DNA of 26,271 nt from Ascoidea asiatica JCM 7603 (lineage: Eukaryota; Fungi; Ascomycota). The stretch spans positions 2,077,577 to 2,103,847 of the forward strand of contig BCKQ01000002.1 in the NCBI GenBank assembly GCA_001600695.1, given 5' to 3'. Below are positions 1 through 7,920 of this stretch, piece after piece. Position 1 is the stretch's first letter; every line of letters begins with the position of its first letter. Made by a program: the position numbers and the translations under genes. The notes beneath the pieces are model-generated. The model was not told the origin of the DNA, searched no databases, and saw only the letters and a program-made list of their open reading frames with translations.

Positions 1-237
1 ATTTGGAGCAGCTAAAGAAGAATTACTTGGAATATTTGGAGCAGCTTTTACTGGATGACAAGTTTTCTTTGATTTCTTATTAAAACTGAGAAGAATTAAA
101 GCGGCATTGGTTACTTCTTCATCAGTTTCTTGGATGTATGCAGATCCATGTCTTCTTAAGTAATCATTCTCAGGGTTTTCTTTGCTTTTAGTTGAGGAAC
201 CAAAGTCTAAACTTCCTTGGTCTGATAAAACTTGCAT
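1..237 (-). CDS. 5' part of an unknown protein-coding gene running off the window start (MQVLSDQGSLDFGSSTKSKENPENDYLRRHGSAYIQETDEEVTNAALILLSFNKKSKKTCHPVKAAPNIPSNSSLAAPN...)
   Basis: Hand translation: ATG at 237-235 opens 79 stop-free codons to base 1. Codon usage resembles neighbouring genes. An 11-aa repeat seems to begin (ATTTGGAGCAGCT at 1-13 and 34-46, 33-nt period). Absent from the ORF track because it is truncated. Confidence 0.65.
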   Translation of the reverse strand, partial: MQVLSDQGSLDFGSSTKSKENPENDYLRRHGSAYIQETDEEVTNAALILLSFNKKSKKTCHPVKAAPNIPSNSSLAAPN

Positions 238-360
238 TGGATAATAATAATAGTAATGAAAAATAAACTGTATATGAATTCTTAAAATAGGCTCGGAAAA
301 ATTATTAGAGACCTGAAGAACTGAGAAAAATTTCCAATTTTTGATAAATCTAAAATACTT

Positions 361-442
361 GATGAATTCAATGAAACAATGTGTAATGAGAATACAGTGA
401 TAAATTTAATGAAACAATGTGCAATGAGAATATGATGGAATG
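361..442. repeat. Imperfect 38-bp tandem duplication, each copy carrying TGAAACA (Ste12 PRE consensus), followed by GGAATG (reverse of Tec1 TCS CATTCC)
   Basis: 361-398 gatgaattcaatgaaacaatgtgtaatgagaatacagt versus 399-436 gataaatttaatgaaacaatgtgcaatgagaatatgat. TGAAACA at 372-378 and 410-416; GGAATG at 437-442. Confidence 0.7.
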
Positions 443-1795
443 CCTTACCGAATATTTTTTTTTATTTTTATGTTAATGTAGCTTATTTTTATTTTATAAC
501 AATATTAATATATTCTAAAAGGTTTAATTGTGTTCTATATTAAATTAAGAGATAATTATATTCAATATTTATTCAACTGTATTATAATACAGAATTTCAA
601 AAAATATAGTACAATTAGAACTAAGGCTTCAAATAATTGAATAAATAAATAAAGAAAATAAAAACTCGAAATTGGGCCTATTTATATATGAATTTCAATA
701 AATAAGAATATATTATTCTATTTTTTTTTACTTACTTAAAATTTCAAAAAAAGTAAATTAGTATACCATACTATTATAAAATTTGTAAAAATATTTTAAA
801 AAAGTAATAGATAAAATTGGAAAGAGGAGATTAATGAAAAAATTGATTTATATTAAAATTTACAATTGAGTTTTTAACGTGTAGTATTTATTGTTAAAAA
901 ATTTAAATCTTCATATCAATTTAAATAAAATGTAAAAAATAAAAATTAATATGTTTGATTCTTTGAGTCCACAGTGGTTAAATGTTACGTTGATTGCTTG
1001 GGTTTTCAAAATACTATGTTATTATTTAGTTTTTTAGAAATTGTTTAGATGCTTCATTGAAAGAATTTTGAAATTCTTAGCAACTTAATTTCAAATGCTT
1101 AATTTTATTTGTTTTTCATAAGCTATATTTTTTTATTGTCGTATTGTTAATTTCTCTTGATTTGGGTTCAAACCTTAGTTTAAAATGAGTATTATACAGG
1201 AAGCCTCGGATTTTCAAAAAAAGTTTGCTATTAGCATAACAGTAGTGAATTAATATACTTTGGTACCGCAAACTAAGCCTCGGTATAGTGAACAGCAATG
1301 TTTGTATGAAAATTTTTTATATTTTTATATAAACACAAAACGAAGCAAACAAAAGCTACTTTTGGTGTGGTTATTGCTCTCTATATACTCCATTAATTTT
1401 ATACATTAGATAAAATGTGTATATGGAGAGATAAAATACAAAAAAATAGAGACAAAAATTGACTTTTGCTTAATTTTTTTGTGTTGAAATTAAAGACCAC
1501 TCATTAGTTTTGATTTAATTTTCTCTTGATTTTTGATTTTTATTATATTTTATGAATAATCTAGTTCAGAATCAATGAGGGGAAAGAGTAAAATGATAGC
1601 AAAGCAAGAATTAAACAATCGTCATATCTAAGAAAAGGATTGAAATCTAGAACAAGAATAAGAGCAAATATAAAGTAAAGAGTATATAAATGAATAAACA
1701 GAACATAATTAATTAAGCTTAATTAGAGTTGTTTTTAGATCATTTAAAATCATACAATTTAGCAATTTATCTCTTAATTTGATTAGTTTATGCAT

Positions 1796-2314
1796 TTAAA
1801 AAATTTGAAAGAAATTTAATTTAGTAAAACTTATGTCATAAAATTTTATATGATGAGAAAAATGGATGGTTTCAAATTCAAGTTTATTCAATTTTTGAAT
1901 TTGATCATTGAATTTTTTATCGATTTCATTATTTGTATGTAGAGCAATTATACCAGTGGTTAAGAATTCTAGATTATTTAATTGAGCAATATTCAAGACT
2001 ATATGCTTTATAGATTCTATATTATCATACTTATTTGATAGACTATTAAAAAAATCTTCTCTAAACTTCACCAATTCAGAATCACCTTTATAAGATATTC
2101 CTTTGAAGATTATTATTTTATCATTAGTGAAGAAATTCAAAAACTGATCATTAGAAATTGTAGAATTAGTTTGAGAAGATTTATTTTCATCGTAGTTTTT
2201 TATTGTGACTGGCTTTAAATCCAATATAGGATAAAATTCGGATATAAAGCTATCAAACTTTTCTATTGTTTGGTCATCCATTAAGATTGAATACCTAGTT
2301 TTTGATGAAGACAT
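1796..2314 (-). CDS. Uncharacterised 172-aa protein, probably NTF2/SnoaL-like fold
   Basis: ATG-initiated ORF in good context. The pattern F..F...FY..LD ... F..FF..D ... G..Y.G..E...R ... H followed by beta-rich segments is typical of fungal SnoaL/NTF2-like proteins. The fold call is by eye. Confidence 0.6.
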   Translation of the reverse strand: MSSSKTRYSILMDDQTIEKFDSFISEFYPILDLKPVTIKNYDENKSSQTNSTISNDQFLNFFTNDKIIIFKGISYKGDSELVKFREDFFNSLSNKYDNIESIKHIVLNIAQLNNLEFLTTGIIALHTNNEIDKKFNDQIQKLNKLEFETIHFSHHIKFYDISFTKLNFFQIF

Positions 2315-2589
2315 TGTTGAAATTGAAAAAAAAATAGAAAATAAATATTATTAAGATAATTGTAATTAAAGCAATTATAATAGAAAAATGGTATATTATA
2401 GCAATGATTCCTTTCTGAATACACAATTTCTTCTTCTTTTTTTTTCTTTTCTTCTCTTTTCTCTTTTCTCTTTTCCTTTTGTTTGCTGTGTTGATTTTAC
2501 TTCAGCTTCAGAAGTTCAAGTAGCAACAAAGATTTAAAATTGAAAAATTTTCACCAAATTGATTTGGTTCTGTAGCAAAAACCAAGGAA

Positions 2590-2910
2590 TTTTCCGACTG
2601 GACTTCGATGTTGCTCACTGCCTGAAAAATGGCTTTCTGCAGCGGTCAAAAGTCCAGTCACGGGATCAGCAGGACGGTTTCAGCTTGGAATCATGGACAA
2701 AAGCCCAGAAAATATGAGACACTTTGGGACACTGTTGTCAGATAAGGGACACGCCTCCAGCAGTCTTCCAGCCACATCCGCCCTTGTTCGTGGCGGTGCA
2801 CACTGAAACACTGGTAACTTCTGGACGCTGCGAGGGCTCTGCCAAATAACTGCCAGATACTTGCACAATGGCTTTCCAGCTCTGGTTCCTGTTCCTGTAA
2901 AGTTCATGCT
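2590..2910. promoter_or_regulatory. GC-enriched island in the divergent promoter between the NTF2-like gene and the Cbk1-like kinase
   Basis: Abrupt GC increase over the flanks. CCAGC (Ace2/Swi5-type core) at 2757-2761, 2768-2772 and 2876-2880. GRGACAC three times (2716-2752). AATGGCTTTC twice (2628 and 2867). 10-bp inverted repeat at 2596-2605/2650-2659. Confidence 0.5.
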
Positions 2911-3221
2911 CTTTGGAAATTTACCACCTAACTTCAATGATTTTATCTTTCTCAATCGCCATAATATCTTGATATTATCTTATTATTATCTGAATATCAT
3001 TTTATCATATTTATTCCTATTTTCAATTACTTTCCTTCATTCTTTCATTTCAATTCGATACCATTTCTTTATTTTGTTTGATTTTAATCGTTATTTACCT
3101 TTTCTTTCTTTTTTTGAAATTTCAGTTATCATTGTTCACAAGTAATCTTATTACAGAATATTTCATCAATAAAACAGTTTCAAAAATTATAAAAACCTTT
3201 CAATATTATTCAGAATCAACA

Positions 3222-5006
3222 ATGGAGAGTCAGAATCAAGTTGAACCTCAATCTCAATCTCAATCTCAATCTCAGCTTCAATCACAGTCGACAAATTCAG
3301 AAAATAATTTAAACTCAGATATAATAATTCCTTCCTCAAATCCTCAAAATAATAGCAATAATAATATCATTAATAATGAAAATGATAATAGTGAACACCA
3401 ACTGAATATTAATAATACTAATACTAATAATAATAATAATAATATAAGTAACTCAAATAATTCAAATATTTCAAATAATTCAAATAATCCAAGCACTACT
3501 AATGATGAAAATGAAGCTAAAAATGTTTATGTTACTTTTAATAGACAACCAAATTGTTTTCAACAAAAAACTTTAAATAAAGCTTCAACATTTAAATTGA
3601 AATTAGAAAATTATTTTAAATTAAAAACTCAAGATTTAAGAGAAAATAATCAAACAATTTTAGAATTAGAAAAAAAATTAAAATTTTCAAATTCTTCAAA
3701 TGAATCTAAAAATAGATCTAAACAAAGATTTATTTCAAGACAAAGTCAATTCTTAAGATTAAAAAGAACAAGATTATCAACTAATGATTTTTCAATTATT
3801 AAAGTTATTGGTAAAGGTGCATTTGGTGAAGTTAGATTAGTGCAAAAAAAAGATAATGGAAAATTTTTCGCAATGAAAAGATTAATAAAATCTGAAATGT
3901 ATCAAAGAAATGAAGTTAATCATGTTAAAGCTGAAAGAGATTTAATGGTTCAAACAAATTCTCCATGGGTTGTTTCTTTATTTTTTTCTTTTCAAGATTT
4001 AAAATATCTTTATTTAATTATGGAATATTTACCAGGTGGTGATTTAATGGGACTTTTAATTAGATTAGATAGATTTACAGAAGAAGTTACTAAATTTTAT
4101 ATGGCTGAAATGATTTTAGCAATTGAAGAAATTCATAAATTAGGTTTCATTCATAGAGATATTAAACCTGATAATGTTTTAATAGATAATTATGGTCATT
4201 TAAAATTATCTGATTTTGGTTTAGCAACTAATTTTCATTCTCATAATGATATAGATTATTATAAAAATATTTTGGCAAAATTAAATTATTATGATTATAA
4301 AGAAAATGAAGAAAATTTGAATTCGAATACAGATAATAATAGTAGTAATAATAACAATAATACTACAAATACTACTATTTCCAATAAAAGAAATACAACT
4401 ATTGTTGAAAATCCAATTCATTTATCAATTATTGATGAAGAAAAACGTCAAACCTGGAGAAGATCAAGAAGATTATTAGCTTATTCAAGAGTTGGTACTC
4501 CAAATTATATTGCTCCAGAAATATTTTTAAATAAAGGTTATGGACCTGAATGTGATTGGTGGTCATTAGGTGCAATAATGTATGAATGTTTAATCGGTTG
4601 TCCTCCATTTTGGGCTGAAACAAATGAAGACACATGTAAAAAAATTTTATATTGGAAACATTATTTTTATATTCCTGATAATATTCATTTATCTTATGAA
4701 GCTGAAGATTTAATTAGAAAATTATTAACAGATTCTGATAAAAGAATTGGTAGAATTGAAGGTGCAAATGAAATTAAAAATCATCCATTTTTTAAAGGTG
4801 TTGATTGGAATTCTTTAAAACAAATTACTCCTCCTTTTGTTCCCGAAATCAATTCAATTGTTGATACTAAATATTTTGATATACCTGATATTGCAAGTAA
4901 TATAGATGAAGATGTACCAATGGATGATGAAGATGGTCTTAATTTACCGTTTATTGGATATACTTATTCCAGATTTGACAATTTAAATAGAAGAAACGTT
5001 ATATGA
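3222..5006 (+). CDS. CBK1: NDR/LATS-family AGC Ser/Thr kinase, Cbk1-like (divergent). Probable start is ATG 3222 (594 aa), not the TTG at 3078
   Basis: N-terminal regulatory segment SQFLRLKRTRLS, GKGAFGEV, HVKAERD, HRDIKPDN, DFG, NDR-type insert between subdomains VII and VIII, RRLLAYS.VGTP.YIAPE, and C-terminal hydrophobic motif LPFIGYTYSRFD as in Cbk1. Q/S/N-rich N-terminus. Confidence 0.88.
   Translation: MESQNQVEPQSQSQSQSQLQSQSTNSENNLNSDIIIPSSNPQNNSNNNIINNENDNSEHQLNINNTNTNNNNNNISNSNNSNISNNSNNPSTTNDENEAKNVYVTFNRQPNCFQQKTLNKASTFKLKLENYFKLKTQDLRENNQTILELEKKLKFSNSSNESKNRSKQRFISRQSQFLRLKRTRLSTNDFSIIKVIGKGAFGEVRLVQKKDNGKFFAMKRLIKSEMYQRNEVNHVKAERDLMVQTNSPWVVSLFFSFQDLKYLYLIMEYLPGGDLMGLLIRLDRFTEEVTKFYMAEMILAIEEIHKLGFIHRDIKPDNVLIDNYGHLKLSDFGLATNFHSHNDIDYYKNILAKLNYYDYKENEENLNSNTDNNSSNNNNNTTNTTISNKRNTTIVENPIHLSIIDEEKRQTWRRSRRLLAYSRVGTPNYIAPEIFLNKGYGPECDWWSLGAIMYECLIGCPPFWAETNEDTCKKILYWKHYFYIPDNIHLSYEAEDLIRKLLTDSDKRIGRIEGANEIKNHPFFKGVDWNSLKQITPPFVPEINSIVDTKYFDIPDIASNIDEDVPMDDEDGLNLPFIGYTYSRFDNLNRRNVI
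3247..3274 (+). repeat. (CTCAAT)4+ coding microsatellite encoding QSQSQSQS, followed by poly-Asn (AAT) tracts
   Basis: Directly visible hexamer repeat in the kinase N-terminus. Confidence 0.85.
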
Positions 5007-5700
5007 TTTTATTCAATTCTTAAGTTTATTTACTTACCTTATAGTCATATATTTCATTCAAAACCCTTATTTGTTTTCCTCTTTTTATTTTTTTTTTCAA
5101 GTTTATTAATCTTTGATTGGTTATTTTTTACTTTCTGAAGTGTCATCCCTGATATTTACTTCATTTCGTCATTTTTTTTAATACTTCAATTTTTTTTTTT
5201 TACTATTAGCCTCATAAATTCATCAAAATCTTTTTTTTACTTTTTTGGTTTTATTTTATCAAAAACTATCACATTCGCTATTTTTTTTTATCTTTTTTTT
5301 CTCTAATTAGTTTTTTATTTTTAATTATATTATTTTTAGCTGCCGTTTTTTTTCTTTTTTATTTAACTTAGCTTTTTTTATTGTTATGTTGTTGTTGTGT
5401 TGTTTCTAAGCATAGTCATTACTATAATCATAATCATTAATACTAATATTATAAAAAAAAATAACTCTTAACTATGTTAAATATATCAATAAATAATGAA
5501 GAATATCTGCATAATTCCAAACTCGAATAATTTAATAAGTTTTTATTTAAAATAGATGATTCATAATTAATATTATAATTCTTTAATCCATTATTAATAA
5601 TTCATCATTTATCAATCATCAATTATAATTTCTTGATCTTCTTCTTTTTTCATTATATCAACAGAGGAGATTAAATTTGAATTTAACCGAGAAGAAAGCC

Positions 5701-6104
5701 CGCAAAACTGGCGCTGCCACAAAAATAGCAGTTTTCAGCAAAAGCATTCAAATAAATAAACAAAACAGAAATAAAAGAACAAATAAATAAACAACAGAAG
5801 CAGAACCAGAAACAAAAACAAAAATTGGAATCAAAAATGTTATCACTGGAAGCAATTTCTTCATATTCACTATTTAATCTTTTTTCAATAAGCACTTAAA
5901 GGACTTGTCCTTTGTCACTTCACCTTCAAGAACCACAGAAGCAATATCTTTCTTTTTGTTGCATGAATCTTCTACTCTTTACTTTTTATTCTTAATAATC
6001 GATGTTCAGTTTTTTATATTATCTTTATAAGGAGTATGCTTTGATATTTAATGATTGATACTTTTTTTTTTATTTTTTTTGTTTTCCTTTTTTTTATTTT
6101 TGCG
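5701..6104. promoter_or_regulatory. Cluster of middle-sporulation-element (Ndt80/Sum1)-type sites upstream of the 6326 gene
   Basis: CGCAAAA at 5701-5707, GCCACAAAA at 5716-5724 (full gNCRCAAAW), TTTGTCAC at about 5911, and TTTTGCG at 6098-6104. Confidence 0.5.
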
Positions 6105-6325
6105 AATTCTTCATAATTGTAATTATATTTTTTTGAATAATAATATCATATTATCAACTCAATCCAAGTTAATTTAAATTTTAAATTCCTCTAGTTTCAG
6201 TTTATTAAATTATTTAAATCGATTAGATTGAAATATCAATAATTAAATATTATACAATATCTTACGATATTATAAAATAATTATAAAATAACTAATAATA
6301 AAATAATAATAATCATCATTTCAAA

Positions 6326-7060
6326 ATGCCAATTGAATTACTTTTAAGACCGGTTATGAGACCATTGGTTGTTGCTAAAGCAGTTATATTTCACCCACAT
6401 AGAAGAGCTTCAAGATATATTCCAAGAATTGAAGAATTATCATCAGATGAAAATTTAAAAACATTTTTAATTAGAAAAAGATTTGGTACAGGATCAAAAA
6501 TTTTAGATGTTTATGATGGAGATTTACCAGTTGATGCAGAAAATGTTTTATATTGGTTTAATAGATCAAGAGCAGTTAAAGGAGCTTATAAAATGTTTTC
6601 ATCTGAAGTTTTAGGTACAGGACCTGAAGGTGAAGATGAACCAATTGCATTAACAAGAGCAGGTTTAAGGTCAAATGTTTTAATGATTAGATCAGCAGAT
6701 GGATTACCAGCAACTGAATTTGGTTGGCATATTATTAATCATAGAGTTGATGCAATTGATTCTTATAGAATTTTTACATTATCAGATGGTAACACATATC
6801 AATGGACAACAAAAGGTAGATTTTTAGAAAAAGTTACAAATTTAGGAGAGAAGGAATCCGAAATTAGAGAAAGGATAGCTGAAGTTATTCCAGCTGGTAC
6901 TTTTGGTTGGACTTTAAAAGTTGATGTGACAAAAATTCCAAGAGAATTAGCTTTAACAACAGCTTTATGTTCTGTTATTGACCAATGGAATACAAATATT
7001 GCAGTTGGTGGTATTTATTATGCAAGACAACAAGGAGAAGTTCGTTGGAAACGTGATTAA
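6326..7060 (+). CDS. Conserved-looking fungal protein of unknown function (244 aa), possibly Tubby-C/LURP1/scramblase-like beta-barrel and possibly sporulation-specific
   Basis: High-complexity sequence without the low-complexity drift of its neighbours, and a strong start context (tcaaaATG). The C-terminal pattern FTLSDGNTYQW...LEK...IAE...LKVD...ELALTTAL resembles tubby-like barrels closed by a hydrophobic helix. Confidence 0.75.
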   Translation: MPIELLLRPVMRPLVVAKAVIFHPHRRASRYIPRIEELSSDENLKTFLIRKRFGTGSKILDVYDGDLPVDAENVLYWFNRSRAVKGAYKMFSSEVLGTGPEGEDEPIALTRAGLRSNVLMIRSADGLPATEFGWHIINHRVDAIDSYRIFTLSDGNTYQWTTKGRFLEKVTNLGEKESEIRERIAEVIPAGTFGWTLKVDVTKIPRELALTTALCSVIDQWNTNIAVGGIYYARQQGEVRWKRD

Positions 7061-7356
7061 TCAAAAATTCAATTGAATTCAATTATTAAAAAATAGGCAA
7101 AATGATTAGAAAAAACAGATATAAACTTAAAGATCCTCTAATATGAAAATTTTGTAAATTTTTGATAAATATTAGACATAAAAATTAAATAAAATAGAGA
7201 AAGAGATAGAATCAGACCCTTTTACAGCTTGAGAGTTCTTGTTGTACAATATATAAAATAGAAGCTTTTTTTTTTTTCTTCATTACACAAATTAAATTTA
7301 CAATTAAAAACAAAACCAAAAACGTATCAAACCTCGGCAAATAGGCAAACAGTTGA

Positions 7357-7582
7357 TGAATCAGCCTTCACTAAATTGCTGACTCAGCACCAAGCACGTG
7401 CTTGTGTGGCTGAGTATGCACGCATTCACACAACTCGTTGCTTTTACGTTTTTACTTTTGCGTTGAGTCAGCAATGACTAGATGCTGACTCAGCTTCGAA
7501 GTTTTCAACTTTACCGTAAGCCTGCGAGTTGTGAAGTGTGGTAAGATTTAAAAATAAAGAATTGTTTGTTAGCTGACGTGGA
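7357..7582. promoter_or_regulatory. bZIP/bHLH site cluster in the PMT1 promoter: repeated TGCTGACTCA(GC) AP-1/MARE-like sites, CACGTG palindrome, and Hac1/XBP1-type TGACGTGG
   Basis: TGAATCAGC 7357-7365; TGCTGACTCAGCA 7377-7389; CAAGCACGTGCTTG 7391-7404; TGAGTCAGCA 7464-7473; TGCTGACTCAGC 7483-7494; TGACGTGG 7574-7581. Confidence 0.65.
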
Positions 7583-7920
7583 TTCTTTTTTTTTCAAAAA
7601 ATTAATACTTGAACCATCAATTTTTCAATTCTCATCTTCATCTAAATCCAGTTATATTCTTTGATCTTGATCTTGTTTTTGATTTTGATTTTGATTGCTT
7701 TTAATTCTGGGGATAGGTTTTATCAATTGTATTATTAATTTTATTATCATCATTATTTCCATTGTCATTGATTGTCATTGGCATATTATAACCCCCATTT
7801 TTCATTCATTTTTTATTTCTACCTAAAAAATCCAGAAATTTAACTGAATTATAATTCATTATTAATCTTGGTCTCAAATCAATCATCTGAAGCAAATTGC
7901 TTATTTATTCATAATTTAAA

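Noticed and set aside
1116-1298. Intergenic TTG/GTG-initiated ORFs (1116-1298, 5683-5895, 17011-17277, 24353-24589, 25171-25476)
   Set aside because: No ATG start, compositionally random, and located in promoter regions.
2628-2880. Resemblance to SRP RNA 5' end (AATGGCTTTCTG) or RNase MRP/P P4 helix (AAAGTCCA / TGGCTTT)
   Set aside because: Lacks the SRP UGUNR motif and helix-8 GNRA/AGCAG signature, and lacks the conserved MRP CR-V GGRGCUUA sequence.
2680-3145. ORFs 2680-2955 (-) and 2861-3145 (+)
   Set aside because: They overlap a GC-rich promoter island and T-rich UTR, with atypical codon usage and no recognisable motifs.
3078-3221. 48-aa hydrophobic N-terminal extension of the kinase from a TTG start
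   Set aside because: Non-ATG start in a eukaryote and T-rich 5' UTR composition; ATG 3222 has good context. The same logic applies to the TTG starts at 14977, 19477 and 21094.
5030-5045. TACTTACCT, similar to the U1 snRNA 5' end
   Set aside because: Lies just after the kinase stop in a T-rich 3' UTR; no U1-70K loop or stems follow.
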